Positions 20,292-30,981 of a stretch of DNA of 64,000 bases are shown here, piece after piece; position 1 is the stretch's first letter; every line of letters starts with the position of its first letter. The stretch is from assembly GCA_050945875.1 (NCBI GenBank), contig JBMNTT010000001.1, positions 94,832-158,831 of the forward strand, given 5' to 3'. Position numbers and translations under genes: made by a program. The notes beneath the pieces are model-generated. The model searched no databases and was not told where the DNA came from. It worked only from the letters and a program-made list of their open reading frames with translations. Origin of the DNA: Christensenellales bacterium (GTDB taxonomy: Bacteria > Bacillota > Clostridia > Christensenellales > JBMNTT01).

Positions 20292-22220
20292 ATGGCAACA
20301 AAACGCATGACCATGGCCCAGGCGCTGGTGGCCTTTTTGGACAACCAGTATGTCAGCGTCGACGGGCAGGAGATCAAGTTTGTCGATGGGGTGATCACCA
20401 TCTTCGGTCACGGTATCGTCTGCGGGCTGGGCCAGGCCCTGGATGAGAACCCGGGACAGCTGAAGTACTATCAGGGCAAGAACGAGCAGGGCATGGCCCA
20501 TCTGGCCACGGCCTACGCCAAGCAGCACGACCGGCGCAAGATCCTCGCCGTGGCCTCCTCCATCGGACCGGGCGCGGCCAACATGGTCACCGCCGCGGCC
20601 ACGGCCTCGGTCAACAACATCCCCCTGCTGGTGATGCCCGGGGACGCCTTCTCCACCCGCCAGCCCGATCCGGTGCTCCAGCAGGTTGAGCAGGCCAACA
20701 GCCTGTCCACCACCACCAACGACGCCTTCCGCGCGGTTTGCAAATACTGGGACCGTGTCAGCCGCCCCGAGCAGCTCATGAGCGCCATGATCAACGCCAT
20801 GCGGGTGCTGACCGACCCGGCGGACACCGGCGCGGTGTGCATCGCCCTGCCCCAGGACGTCCAGGGCGAGAGCTACGACTACCCGGAGTCCTTCCTGAAA
20901 AAGCGCGTGCACCGCATCACCCGCCCGGTGGCGGTGGCCGAGGAGCTGGCCGATGTGGCGGCCGCCATCTGCGCCAGCCGCTATCCTCTGGTGATCTGCG
21001 GCGGCGGCGTGCGTTACAGCCGCGCCGGGGAAACTCTGGAGCGCTTCTGCGAGCGGTTCAACATCCCCTTTGCCGAGACCCAGGCCGGCAAGAGCGCCTG
21101 CAAGGCCAGCAATCCCTACAACCTGGGCGGCGTGGGCGTGACCGGTAACCTGGCGGCCAACACCCTGGCCAAGGAGGCCGACTGCATCATCGCCGTGGGC
21201 AGCCGCCTGTCGGACTTCACCACCTCCTCCAAGTGGCTCTTCCAGAACCCGCAGGTCAAGATGGTCTCCATCAACCTGAGCCGGCTGCACGCCTACAAGA
21301 TGGACAGCATCAAGGCCGTGGGCGACGCCAAGGCCACCCTCGAGGCCCTGAGCGCCAAGCTGGAGGCGGCCGGTTACCGCGCCGCCTACACCGACCAGAT
21401 CGCCGCGGCCAAGGCCGCCTGGGATCAGGAGATGGCCCGCCTGGCGGACTATCACTACGACGAGGCCTTCGAGCCCATCGTCCAGGCGCGGGACCCCAGG
21501 AGCATCGATGAATTCGTCGCCCAGATGGGCACCAGCCTGACCCAGGTAGCCGCCCTGTGCAAGATCCGCCAGGTCATCGCGCCGGACGCCAACGTCATCG
21601 GCGCGGCGGGCAGCCTGCCCGGAGACCTGCAGCGCATGTGGACCACCGACGCGCTGGACAGCTACCACATGGAGTACGGTTACTCCTGCATGGGCTATGA
21701 GATCGCCGGGGCGGTGGGCATCAAGCTGGCCCAGCCCGAGCGCGAGGTCTACGCCATGTGCGGCGACGGCAGCTTCTACATGCTCCACTCCGAGCTGGTC
21801 ACCGCCCTGCAGGAGGGCGCCAAGATCAACATCCTGCTCTTTGACAACGCCAGCAACGGCTGCATCAACAATCTGCAGATGGGCAACGGCATCGGCTCGC
21901 TGGGCACCGAGTTCCGCTACCGCAGCGCCGACGGCGGCCAGAACGGCCCCTTCCTGCACACCGACTTTGCCAAGATCGCCGAGGGATACGGCGCCAAGGG
22001 CTACCGGGTGCACAACCTCGAGGAGCTCGAGGCCGCCCTTCAGGACGCCAAGGGCCAGTCGGTCAGCTGCCTGATTGACATGAAGGTGCTGCCCAAGACC
22101 ATGACCGGGGACTACCTGTCCTGGTGGCATGTGGGCATCGCCTCCACCTCCGCCAAGGAGGGCGTCCAGGCCGCCTACGCCCGCAAGGAGGAGCATCTCA
22201 AGGACGCGAGGCGCTACTAA
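20292..22220 (+). CDS. iolD: 3D-(3,5/4)-trihydroxycyclohexane-1,2-dione hydrolase
   Basis: [28 protein letters not shown], ThDP motif GDGSF. Confidence 0.96.
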   Translation: MATKRMTMAQALVAFLDNQYVSVDGQEIKFVDGVITIFGHGIVCGLGQALDENPGQLKYYQGKNEQGMAHLATAYAKQHDRRKILAVASSIGPGAANMVTAAATASVNNIPLLVMPGDAFSTRQPDPVLQQVEQANSLSTTTNDAFRAVCKYWDRVSRPEQLMSAMINAMRVLTDPADTGAVCIALPQDVQGESYDYPESFLKKRVHRITRPVAVAEELADVAAAICASRYPLVICGGGVRYSRAGETLERFCERFNIPFAETQAGKSACKASNPYNLGGVGVTGNLAANTLAKEADCIIAVGSRLSDFTTSSKWLFQNPQVKMVSINLSRLHAYKMDSIKAVGDAKATLEALSAKLEAAGYRAAYTDQIAAAKAAWDQEMARLADYHYDEAFEPIVQARDPRSIDEFVAQMGTSLTQVAALCKIRQVIAPDANVIGAAGSLPGDLQRMWTTDALDSYHMEYGYSCMGYEIAGAVGIKLAQPEREVYAMCGDGSFYMLHSELVTALQEGAKINILLFDNASNGCINNLQMGNGIGSLGTEFRYRSADGGQNGPFLHTDFAKIAEGYGAKGYRVHNLEELEAALQDAKGQSVSCLIDMKVLPKTMTGDYLSWWHVGIASTSAKEGVQAAYARKEEHLKDARRY

Positions 22221-22264
22221 AGCATCTTTGATCCGGTTGGATCAGCATATAGGAGGAAGTTGAG

Positions 22265-23161
22265 ATGTTGGATCCCCAGAAGGTCCGCCTGGGCATCGCG
22301 CCCATCGGCTGGACCAACGACGACATGCCCGACCTGGGCAAGGAGAACACCTTCGAGCAGTGCGTCAGCGAGATGGCCCTGGCTGGCTTCACCGGCTGCG
22401 AGATCGGCAACAAGTACCCCTCGGACCCGGCTGCGCTCAAGGACGCGCTGGATGCGCGGGGCTTGACCATCTGCAACCGTTGGTTCTCCACCTTCCTGAT
22501 CTCCAAGCCCTTTGAGCAGACCGCCGAGCCCTTCGCCAAGGAGCTGGATTTCCTCAAGGCCATGGGGGCCAAGGTCATCGGCGTGTCCGAGCAGAGCTAC
22601 TCCACCCAGGGCATGATGGACCAGCCCATCTTCAAGGGCAAGCACGTCATGACCGACGCCGAGTGGGACGACCTGTGCACCGGGCTGAACAAGCTGGGCG
22701 CAATCGCCCGGGACAAGGGCATGCGCCTGACCTTCCACCACCACATGGGCACCGTGGTGCAAGTTGAGGATGAGATCGACCGCATGATGGCCGGCACCGA
22801 CCCCGAGCTGGTCTGGCTGCTGTTTGACACCGGCCATCTGTCCTACTGCGGCGTCGACCCGCTGCGCATCGCCCAGCGCTACGCCGGGCGCATCGGCCAT
22901 GTGCACCTGAAGGACTACCGCCCCGCCATCGTCGAGGAGGTCAAGGCCCATGACCTGAGCTTCCTGCAGGGCGTGCGCAAGGGCGCCTTCACCGTGCCCG
23001 GCGACGGGGCCATCGACTTTGCGCCCATCTTCCAGGTGCTGGAGGATACCGGCTACGAGGGCTGGATGGTTGTGGAGGCCGAGCAGGACCCCGCCATTGC
23101 CAACCCCTTCAAGTACGCCGTCAAGGCCCGGGCCTATATCCGGGAGAAAACCGGGCTGTAA
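22265..23161 (+). CDS. iolE: Myo-inosose-2 dehydratase
   Basis: [30 protein letters not shown]. Confidence 0.96.
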   Translation: MLDPQKVRLGIAPIGWTNDDMPDLGKENTFEQCVSEMALAGFTGCEIGNKYPSDPAALKDALDARGLTICNRWFSTFLISKPFEQTAEPFAKELDFLKAMGAKVIGVSEQSYSTQGMMDQPIFKGKHVMTDAEWDDLCTGLNKLGAIARDKGMRLTFHHHMGTVVQVEDEIDRMMAGTDPELVWLLFDTGHLSYCGVDPLRIAQRYAGRIGHVHLKDYRPAIVEEVKAHDLSFLQGVRKGAFTVPGDGAIDFAPIFQVLEDTGYEGWMVVEAEQDPAIANPFKYAVKARAYIREKTGL

Positions 23162-23182
23162 GTCCCGAAAGGAGCGACAAAC

Positions 23183-24193
23183 ATGCTGAAAGTTGGTATC
23201 ATCGGCGCGGGCCGCATCGGCAAGGTCCACGCCCAGAGCATCTGCAATTTCGTCCAGAACGCCGCCGTCCAGGCCATCGCCGATCCCTTCATGAGCGAGC
23301 AGACCGCCGCCTGGGCCAAGGGCCTGGGCATCCCCGATGTGTACACCGACTACCACAAGATTCTGGAGGATCCCCAGATCGGCGCGGTGCTGATCTGCTC
23401 CTCCACCGACACCCACTCCCCCATCTCCCTGGAGGCCATCGCCGCGGGCAAGCACATCTTCTGCGAAAAACCCATCGATCTGGACATCGCCAAGATCGAG
23501 CAGGTCCGCAAGGCCCTGGAGGGTACCGGCCTGAAGTACCAGGTGGGCTTCAACCGCCGCTTCGATCACAACTTTGAGGCCGCGCGCCAGGCCGTGCTCT
23601 CGGGCAAGATCGGCCAGCCCCACATCGTCAAGATTACCTCCCGCGATCCCAATCCCCCGGCCGCGGAGTATGTGGCGGTGTCCGGCGGCATGTTCCTGGA
23701 CATGACTATCCATGATTTTGACATGGCCCGCTTCCTGGTGGACAGCGACGTGGAGGAGGTCTACGTCCAGTCCGCGGTGCTGGTTGATCCCGCCATCGGC
23801 GAGGCCGGCGACGTGGATACCGCCATCATCACCCTGAAGATGGCAAACGGCGCCCTGGCCGTGATCGACAACTCCCGCAGGGCGGTCTACGGCTACGATC
23901 AGCGCGCCGAGATTTTCGGCTCCAAGGGCATGGTCTCGGTGGGCAACGACGCCGCCTCCACCGCGGTCGTCGCCACCGACGCGGGCCTGACCAGCGAGAA
24001 GCCCCTGTACTTCTTCCTGGAGCGCTACATGCAGGCCTACGCCAAGGAGGTCACCGCCTTTGTGGACGCGGTGGTGAACGACACCGACGTGCCCGCCACC
24101 CAAGACGACGGCCTCAAGGCCGTGCGGATCGGCCTGGCGGCCAAGAAGTCCTGCGCCGAGCACCGCCCGGTCAAGGTCTGCGAGATCGGTTAA
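23183..24193 (+). CDS. iolG: Inositol 2-dehydrogenase
   Basis: GAGRIG, CEKP, GFNRRFD, DMTIHDFD, YGYDQR. Confidence 0.94.
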   Translation: MLKVGIIGAGRIGKVHAQSICNFVQNAAVQAIADPFMSEQTAAWAKGLGIPDVYTDYHKILEDPQIGAVLICSSTDTHSPISLEAIAAGKHIFCEKPIDLDIAKIEQVRKALEGTGLKYQVGFNRRFDHNFEAARQAVLSGKIGQPHIVKITSRDPNPPAAEYVAVSGGMFLDMTIHDFDMARFLVDSDVEEVYVQSAVLVDPAIGEAGDVDTAIITLKMANGALAVIDNSRRAVYGYDQRAEIFGSKGMVSVGNDAASTAVVATDAGLTSEKPLYFFLERYMQAYAKEVTAFVDAVVNDTDVPATQDDGLKAVRIGLAAKKSCAEHRPVKVCEIG

Positions 24194-24205
24194 GGAGCAA
24201 ACGAG

Positions 24206-24982
24206 ATGAGCAAGGTATTTGGATACCCGGCCTTCTCCCCTGAGGGGGAGAAGGTTCTCACCCGGATGGAGGGCGACTATGCGGACATGATGATGAACAT
24301 CACCGTGTACCGCCTGCAGCCCGGCCAGAGCCGCACCTTCCGCCTGGCGAAGGAGGAGATGGCCCTGCTGCTGATCCAGGGCGAGGTCGCCTACCAGTGG
24401 GCGGGCCGCGCCGAGGCCGCCCGCCGGGAGAACTTTTTCACCGACGGTGGCTACTGCCTGCATGTGTGCAGGGATACCGAGGTCACCCTGACCGCCCAGG
24501 CCGAGAGCGAAGTGCTCCTGCAGAGCACCCCCAACGAGGGCCTTTTTGAGCCGGTGTTCTATACCCCCGGCAACTACCGGGATGAGACCTTTGGCCAAGG
24601 CCAGTTTGAGGGCAAGGCCCAGCGCACGGTGCGCACCTTCTTCGACTATGCCAACGCCCCCTACTCCAACATGGTCTGCGGGGAGATCGTCTCCCCCCAG
24701 GGCGGATGGAACAGCTATCCCCCCCACTCCCACCCCCAGCCCGAGGTCTACTACTACCGCTTCGACAAGCCCCAGGGCTTTGGCGCCTGCTTCATCGGCG
24801 AGGAGGCCTTCAAGATCGCCGACGGCTCCTTCTGCGCGGTGCCCGGCGGGCTGGACCATCCCCAGGTGACCGCCCCCGGGTACCCGATGTACTATGTCTG
24901 GATGATCCGCCACTTCCCCGGCGATCCCTGGAAGGACCGCAACTTTAATCCCATCCACCAGTGGCTGCTGCAGCATCCCTGA
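24206..24982 (+). CDS. iolB: 5-deoxy-glucuronate isomerase
   Basis: GE....GGWNSYPPHSHPQPEVYYY, HPQV.APGY.MYY.W. Confidence 0.92.
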   Translation: MSKVFGYPAFSPEGEKVLTRMEGDYADMMMNITVYRLQPGQSRTFRLAKEEMALLLIQGEVAYQWAGRAEAARRENFFTDGGYCLHVCRDTEVTLTAQAESEVLLQSTPNEGLFEPVFYTPGNYRDETFGQGQFEGKAQRTVRTFFDYANAPYSNMVCGEIVSPQGGWNSYPPHSHPQPEVYYYRFDKPQGFGACFIGEEAFKIADGSFCAVPGGLDHPQVTAPGYPMYYVWMIRHFPGDPWKDRNFNPIHQWLLQHP

Positions 24983-24991
24983 GCCGCCCAG

Positions 24992-25026
24992 AAAAGCCCC
25001 CGCGGAAGTTTTCCGCGGGGGCTTTC
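24992..25026. terminator. Bidirectional terminator between iolB and iolR
   Basis: AAAGCCCCCGCGGAA-gt-TTCCGCGGGGGCTTT. Confidence 0.85.
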
Positions 25027-25034
25027 ATTATGCC

Positions 25035-25790
25035 TTACGCCAGTACGATCCGGCCGCCGTGCTCCTGCATGAATTTGGCGATCTTCTCCCCGGGCATCGT
25101 GTCGGTCACCAGGGTGTCGATCTGCTCGAGGTTGCAGTAGGTGATCAGCGACACCGTGTCAAACTTGAAATGGTCGGCCAGCAGCACCACCTGCTGGCTG
25201 CGCTGCACCGCCACGCGCTTGACGTCCGACTCCACGGGCGAGGAGTTGGTCACCCCGCTCTCCACGGAGAAGCCCGTGGCCGCCATAAAGGCCTTGCTGA
25301 CGTTGTAGGCGCCCAGCACCTGGGCCGCGCTGGGACCGGTGAAGGACAGGGTCTTGCGGTTGAGGGTGCCTGACAGGCTGATCAGGTTGATGTTCTCATA
25401 GGGAATCGCCCGGTAGATAACCTCAAAATTGTTGGTCAGCACCGTCAGCTTGCGCCGGTCGGCCAGCGCGTCGATCATGTGCAAAGTGGTGGTGCCCGAG
25501 TCGATGAAGATGATGTCCCCGTCGGAAACCATCTCCGCCGCCTTCTTGGCGATGCGCTCCTTCTCGGCCAGGTGGGCGATGTTGCGCTCGTGGAAGGAGA
25601 TCAGCTCTTTCTTGGACTGCACGGTCACCCCGCCGTAGATTTTCTTGATGTTGCCATTCTGGAGAATCTGCTCCAGGTCCCGGCGGATGGTGCTCTTGGA
25701 GATGCCGAAATGCTGGCAAATCTGATCCAAGGTGACGGTTTTCTGCTCATAAATATAGTTCTCGATCTCCTGGATGCGCTGCGATCGCAT
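25035..25790 (-). CDS. iolR: DeoR/GlpR family repressor of the inositol operon
   Basis: ISKSTIRRDL HTH, FIDSGTT; adjacent to iol genes. Confidence 0.85.
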   Translation of the reverse strand: MRSQRIQEIENYIYEQKTVTLDQICQHFGISKSTIRRDLEQILQNGNIKKIYGGVTVQSKKELISFHERNIAHLAEKERIAKKAAEMVSDGDIIFIDSGTTTLHMIDALADRRKLTVLTNNFEVIYRAIPYENINLISLSGTLNRKTLSFTGPSAAQVLGAYNVSKAFMAATGFSVESGVTNSSPVESDVKRVAVQRSQQVVLLADHFKFDTVSLITYCNLEQIDTLVTDTMPGEKIAKFMQEHGGRIVLA

Positions 25791-25835
25791 GGATGGAACG
25801 CCCCTTCCTCACAAAACCTACTCTATATGCAAGTT

Positions 25836-25888
25836 CGATTTGATCAATGTATTGATTATATTATAGCGAATCTAACCAAAAATCGCAA
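25836..25888 (-). promoter_or_regulatory. iolR promoter with candidate autoregulatory IolR sites
   Basis: TTGCGA-17-TATAAT followed by TAATCAATACA and TGATCAAATCG. Confidence 0.6.
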
Positions 25889-25997
25889 ATGATTTTAGCA
25901 AAACCGCCTGCATTTTGAACAAGTTTTCGAGCAGCTCTTCATCTTATGGAGCGATAAAAAGGCCGGAGGCGACGCCTCCGGCCAATTCCGGGTCGAT

Positions 25998-27320
25998 CTA
26001 TTTTCCCAACAGGTGGGCGAAGCGATGGGCGGCGCGCTTTTGCGGCTGCGCCGGCTCGGCGCTCGGCGCGTCGGCGGTCGCCTCGGGCAGGGCTTCCTCT
26101 GCCGGGGCCGCGGGCTTTTCACCGCGCTGGATGGTGCCCGAGAGGAACAGGGAGGCCTTGGCGCAGGCCGGCCCGATCATCTCATAGAGCACCGCCGAGG
26201 ACAGGATGATGGTTGAGAGCATCACACCCATCTCCCCGGGCAGCATGCGCGCGCCCAGGGCGGCCAAACCGATGGACACGCCGGCCTGGGGAATCAGCGC
26301 CATGCCCAGATATTTCTTGATGTTGGCGGGGCATTTGCAGATCCACGCGCCCAGGCTGGCGCCCAGATACTTGCCCAGGATGCGCACAAAGAAATACACC
26401 ACCCCGATCACCCCGGCCGTGGCCAGAGCGGGGACGTTCAGCCGCATGCCCGAGAGCACGAAGAACAGCAGCAGCACCGGGGGCGTGAACCCGTTGACCT
26501 GCTTGAAGAGCTTCTTGTTGCCGCTCAGGTTGATATAGACCGTGCCCATGAGCATGCAAGAGAGCAGGGGCGACACCCCAAAGATCGTGCAAAAGCCCGT
26601 CAGGCTCAGGATGATGGCCACCACCAGCACCAGCCGATGGTCATTGCTGCGGTGCTCATTGATGAGCTTGTGCATCACCCACCCGCCCATAACGCCCAAC
26701 ACCAGGGCGACCAGGTTGATCACCAACGGCATCAGGATGACGCTTTGATCCAGGGTGCCGGTGCTCTGCAGCGCCTGGGCCACCGCCGCGCAGACGCTAA
26801 AGGCGATCAGCGCCACCGCGTCGTCCAGGGCCACCACCTGCAGAATCATGTTGACAAAGGGCCCTTTGGCCTTGTACTGCCGGATGGTCATGATGGTCGA
26901 GGCCGGGGCGGTCGCCGAGCCGATCGCGCCGAGCAGCAGCGAGAAGGCCAGCGACAGGTGGAACACATAATACATCGTCAGCGTCACCACCGCCGCGGCC
27001 AGCAGCGCCTCAAACACCGTCACCACCAGCACCTGTTTGCCGCTCTTTTTCAGCTGGGAGAGCTTAAAATATTTGCCCACCCCAAAAGCAATAAAAGCCA
27101 AGGCCACATCCGTGACAAAATCGAGGCTGCCGATCAAACTCTGCGGGATGAGGTTGAGCGCATACGGTCCGATGCACACCCCCGCCAAAATATAACCCGT
27201 CACGTTGGGCAGCTTGAGCGGCTTGGTCAGCCGCGTCATCAGGAAACCCGCCAGCAGCATGACCGCCAAACTGACGATCACCTGGGCCGCCGCGTTTGCC
27301 TGCAAATCCAGTCCCAGCAT
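25998..27320 (-). CDS. Cation:proton antiporter (CPA2/KefB-like)
   Basis: Many TM helices; LPNVTGY, ATAPAST, VALDD, FFVLSG, PQAGV. Confidence 0.88.
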   Translation of the reverse strand: MLGLDLQANAAAQVIVSLAVMLLAGFLMTRLTKPLKLPNVTGYILAGVCIGPYALNLIPQSLIGSLDFVTDVALAFIAFGVGKYFKLSQLKKSGKQVLVVTVFEALLAAAVVTLTMYYVFHLSLAFSLLLGAIGSATAPASTIMTIRQYKAKGPFVNMILQVVALDDAVALIAFSVCAAVAQALQSTGTLDQSVILMPLVINLVALVLGVMGGWVMHKLINEHRSNDHRLVLVVAIILSLTGFCTIFGVSPLLSCMLMGTVYINLSGNKKLFKQVNGFTPPVLLLFFVLSGMRLNVPALATAGVIGVVYFFVRILGKYLGASLGAWICKCPANIKKYLGMALIPQAGVSIGLAALGARMLPGEMGVMLSTIILSSAVLYEMIGPACAKASLFLSGTIQRGEKPAAPAEEALPEATADAPSAEPAQPQKRAAHRFAHLLGK

Positions 27321-27466
27321 TGGTTATCCGCCTTCCTTTCCATATCTGAAGGCGTGCGGCCCGCGCGAAACCCCTGGCCCCAATTTGTCGGGACCATCCG
27401 CGCGGTTGGCCGCACCCATACCCTCTCTGTGGTCTTGATCTTACGCCTCAAAGGTGATAAAATCAA
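27321..27466 (-). promoter_or_regulatory. Promoter plus structured 5' leader (riboswitch-like) of the antiporter gene
   Basis: TTGATT-17-TAAGAT; long three-segment hairpin at 27354-27415 followed by CGCCUUC/GAAGGCG stem over the SD. Confidence 0.5.
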
Positions 27467-27530
27467 ATAATAGTCCGTTAGATACCCATTATTATTTCGA
27501 ATACCGTCGTGAAATGGAGGCCCGAACGCT

Positions 27531-28421
27531 TTGATCGACGCGCGCATCAAAACCCTGATCACCGTGGCCAACTGCGGCAGCTATACCAAAGCCGCCCAGG
27601 CGCTGAACCTGACCCAGCCCGCAGTCAGCCACCACATCCGCTATCTGGAGGAGCGCTACCACATCAAAATCTTCCTGCGGGACAAAAACGAGCTGAAATT
27701 GACCAACGAGGGGGCCATTTTGCTCAAATACGCCCGCCGGGCCGCGGCCATCGCCCACAATGCCCGCCAGGCCATCGAGGATGTCAAGCGGCAGGTGCAC
27801 CACCTGTCCATCGGCATGACCCAGACCGCTGGGGAGAACCTGATGCCCCAGGTGCTGGGCATCTACTGCGATGAGCACCCCCACACCCATATCAATATTT
27901 GTACTGGGACCATTCAAAATCTGCATGAGATGCTCAAGAATTATGAGATCGACGTGGCCGTGGTGGAGGGCAAACTGCCCGACCCGGACTTTACCTCGGT
28001 GCTGCTGGACACCGACTACCTGTGCCTGATCGTCTCGCCGGAGCATCCCTTCGCCAAGCGCAGCAGCGTTTCCCTGTCGGAGCTGCGGGCGGAAAAACTG
28101 ATCCTGCGCTCGGCCAAGGCCGGCACCCGTGCGCTGTTTGACAGTTTCCTGCTCAACAACTCCGCCACCATCAAGAGCCTCAATGTCATCATGGAGATGG
28201 ACAACGTGAGCATGATCAAGGAGCTGGTGAGCATGAACATGGGCATCTCCATCGTGGCCCACAGCGCCTGCAAGGCCGACGAGCAGGCAGGTCGGCTGGC
28301 CGTGGTGCCCATCGCCAACGCCAACATGACCCGGGAGATCAACATGGTCTACTACAACAAGGGCTTCAGCCACACCGAGGTGCTGGAGGACTTTCGCAAA
28401 ATCTACAACCGCCTGCAGTGA
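27531..28421 (+). CDS. LysR family transcriptional regulator
   Basis: GSYTKAAQALNLTQPAVSHHIRYLEE HTH; divergent from the antiporter. Confidence 0.93.
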   Translation: MIDARIKTLITVANCGSYTKAAQALNLTQPAVSHHIRYLEERYHIKIFLRDKNELKLTNEGAILLKYARRAAAIAHNARQAIEDVKRQVHHLSIGMTQTAGENLMPQVLGIYCDEHPHTHINICTGTIQNLHEMLKNYEIDVAVVEGKLPDPDFTSVLLDTDYLCLIVSPEHPFAKRSSVSLSELRAEKLILRSAKAGTRALFDSFLLNNSATIKSLNVIMEMDNVSMIKELVSMNMGISIVAHSACKADEQAGRLAVVPIANANMTREINMVYYNKGFSHTEVLEDFRKIYNRLQ

Positions 28422-28466
28422 CCGGCGCCCCGCTCGTCGCGCGCTCAGCATCCTTTCGTATACCGC

Positions 28467-28501
28467 AAGAGGCAGGCTCCGTCTGGAGCCTGCCTCTTTT
28501 T
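28467..28501. terminator. Terminator between convergent genes
   Basis: AAGAGGCAGGCTCC-gtct-GGAGCCTGCCTCTTTTT. Confidence 0.85.
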
Positions 28502-28514
28502 GCCCGTCTTTCGC

Positions 28515-30797
28515 TCACGTCCGTTGATCGGTCAAGGCCTGCTGGGCCCGCTCCCGAAAGAGAAACACCCCCAGAACCTTGGCAAAGGTGGCCAGGGTGT
28601 CCACCTGCTCCTGGGTCCACAGGTGATTGAGCCGGCACTCGTCAAAGCCCACAAACCCGCGGAAGACGCCATGGTCCCGGATGGCGCAGTGCAACATGGA
28701 CTTGATCCCCTGGCGGATGAGCAGCTCCGCCGAATCGGGCGCCATGGTGGTCACGTCCCGGCAGTAGAAGATGTCCGAGCGTCGAAAGTTTTCGGCATAG
28801 TTGTCGATATCCTCGGTGTACGAGAGGTGCTGCAGCAGGTCGATCTGGGGCGACACATCGGGCCCGCACCACTCGTAGGTGTTGCTGCAATAGTTCGGGT
28901 CCGGCTCATTCTCAAAGACATAGACCCGGCTGACGTCCATGGCTGAGCCGATGGTCGCCATCGCCTGCTGGATCGCGGCGTCCAGGTTGCTCGCCTCGTA
29001 GAGATTTTCAAAGACGTAAGAGATCAGCTGCTCGCTCATGGAGCGCCGAGCAACCGGCCGCTCCTCCGCGGCGGACGCCGGATGCGCCTGGTTCTGCGGC
29101 AGGGCGTGCCCGTAGATCTCATAGCGGTTTTTACCCAAATGCTTGGCTTGGTAGAGCGCCTCGTCCGCATGGCTAAACAGCTGGCGCAGGTCCGTTCCGT
29201 GCATCGGGTAGAGCGCCACCCCAACGCTACAGGACACCCGATAGTCATGCTTCTGATCCTCGAGCACACGGGCAAAGGCCGCGAGCAGCTGGCGGGCCTT
29301 GGTGTGCACCGCCCGCTCATCCGGCAGATCGGACATGTAGACCAAAAACTCGTCGCCCCCCACGCGGCCGACCAGATCCTGGGCGCGGAACAGGCCGCGC
29401 AGGGTGCGCGCTACGTCCGCCAGGAAGGCGTCCCCGAACAGGTGGCCGAGGCTGTCGTTGACCACCTTGAAATCGTCGATATCCACGATCATCAGCGCGT
29501 CAAGCCGCCCTTTCGGGGTTCTGGTCAGGCGCTGATCGATGATCTCCTGCACGGTTCCCTTGTTGTACAGCCCGGTCAGGGCGTCGCGCTGGGCCCGCAG
29601 CTCCAACTCCTGCTGCATGCGCTTCTGCCCGTCGATGTCGATGATCGAGCCCACCACCCGCAAGGGCAGGTGGTCCTGCCCGAACTGGACCGTCGCGCGG
29701 ATCTGACACCAGCGATAGATACCGTCGGCCGCCAGCAGGCGCGTCTGAAAATCCAGCGTCGGCGCGCCGCCCTGGGCCTGCGCGAGCTGCTCCAAAAACG
29801 CCTCCCGGTCCTGCGGATGAATGCGCTCGCTTTGGGCCAGCGCGGCGCTGACCCGCTTCTGGGGCGGCATATAGCCAAAGAAACGATTCCAGTTGGCTGA
29901 CACCTTTAGCGTATCCTGCCTGAGATCATAGTCAAAAATGCTGTCGTTGGATTGGTTTAGGATGATCTGATAGCGCTCCATGCTCAGGCGGAGCTGTTCG
30001 AGGGCCTGCTGGCTCTCGGTGATATCCACCAGGATGCAATAGATCACATCGGTCTGCGCGACCAGTTGGCTCTTCTCCAGCACCCAAAGCTCTCGCCCGT
30101 CCCGGCACAGGACGCGGTACTGATTTTCCATCGGCTTGTTCGTCGCCAAGTCCCGATGCACTTGGGTGAAAACCCGGTCTCGGTCCTCGGGATGGATCAT
30201 CTCCAGGAACGCATTGTGAAAGCGCTCCTCAAGTTCCCGCCGCGAGTAGCCGAAGAGTTTGACAAAGCTATCGCTGACCGCCACGATCGTGTATCGGTCG
30301 TCGTTGCGGCACTGCAGAACGCCTCCGGGGATATTGTCCGAGAGCGCCTTTAGGTCCCGATCCCGTTTGGACAGGGCCTCGGTGCGTTGGGCCAGCAAAT
30401 GATCCAGCCCCGCGCACACATCCCCGGGGTCGACCCAAGAAAAATGGATCATCAAAAAGCGCGGCGCCTCCCCGCAGGGCTCCAGCGTAGCGCCGACATA
30501 CAGGCACACGGACTTGCCGCCCTGCAAGAGCAGGCGCATTCTGCCAACCACCGTCGCGGCGTTCGGGCCGACCGCATGCTCGATCCGCTCGATCTCCAGC
30601 CCCATCGACTCGGGCAGCCGGACGATCTGCTCGCGGAGCGCTTCGCACACGCGCGCGGCGCCCTGATATATCTGCAGGCGGTTCGCATCGATCCAGACCA
30701 CCTGCGGGTGCAGCAGTCGGGCGACCGCCGCCACATCCCGATCCGTTAATAAGCGATGCTGCAAGGACACAAAAGTTTCCACCGCTTCCTGTGCCAT
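28515..30797 (-). CDS. Diguanylate cyclase: NTF2/SnoaL-like, PAS, PAS, GGDEF, GAF
   Basis: IHPEDR and IHPQDR PAS motifs, DALTGLYN, DIDDFK.VND..GH..GD, RAQD I-site, GGDEF, C-terminal GAF (SRVYVFE, GFVGFDEC). Confidence 0.9.
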   Translation of the reverse strand: MAQEAVETFVSLQHRLLTDRDVAAVARLLHPQVVWIDANRLQIYQGAARVCEALREQIVRLPESMGLEIERIEHAVGPNAATVVGRMRLLLQGGKSVCLYVGATLEPCGEAPRFLMIHFSWVDPGDVCAGLDHLLAQRTEALSKRDRDLKALSDNIPGGVLQCRNDDRYTIVAVSDSFVKLFGYSRRELEERFHNAFLEMIHPEDRDRVFTQVHRDLATNKPMENQYRVLCRDGRELWVLEKSQLVAQTDVIYCILVDITESQQALEQLRLSMERYQIILNQSNDSIFDYDLRQDTLKVSANWNRFFGYMPPQKRVSAALAQSERIHPQDREAFLEQLAQAQGGAPTLDFQTRLLAADGIYRWCQIRATVQFGQDHLPLRVVGSIIDIDGQKRMQQELELRAQRDALTGLYNKGTVQEIIDQRLTRTPKGRLDALMIVDIDDFKVVNDSLGHLFGDAFLADVARTLRGLFRAQDLVGRVGGDEFLVYMSDLPDERAVHTKARQLLAAFARVLEDQKHDYRVSCSVGVALYPMHGTDLRQLFSHADEALYQAKHLGKNRYEIYGHALPQNQAHPASAAEERPVARRSMSEQLISYVFENLYEASNLDAAIQQAMATIGSAMDVSRVYVFENEPDPNYCSNTYEWCGPDVSPQIDLLQHLSYTEDIDNYAENFRRSDIFYCRDVTTMAPDSAELLIRQGIKSMLHCAIRDHGVFRGFVGFDECRLNHLWTQEQVDTLATFAKVLGVFLFRERAQQALTDQRT

Positions 30798-30981
30798 GCC
30801 ATCACCTCCTCATCGCCAGGAATCCCTGGCTCATCACCTGATCAATTCCTCAACAGGGCTTTCGCGTTCCCGCCGACGATTCCTCCTCATGCAACGAAAA
30901 GAAGCGATCCTTGCGCACGGCCGCTGGAATTTCAAGCCGCCAAGCGCCGAACGTACCATCATTTTATGCTTGGCGACCCAC

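Noticed and set aside
30798-30981. c-di-GMP riboswitch near the cyclase or pilus operon (35810-36065 also checked)
   Set aside because: No recognisable class I (GCAAA..GAAA..GACGCAAAG) or class II core.
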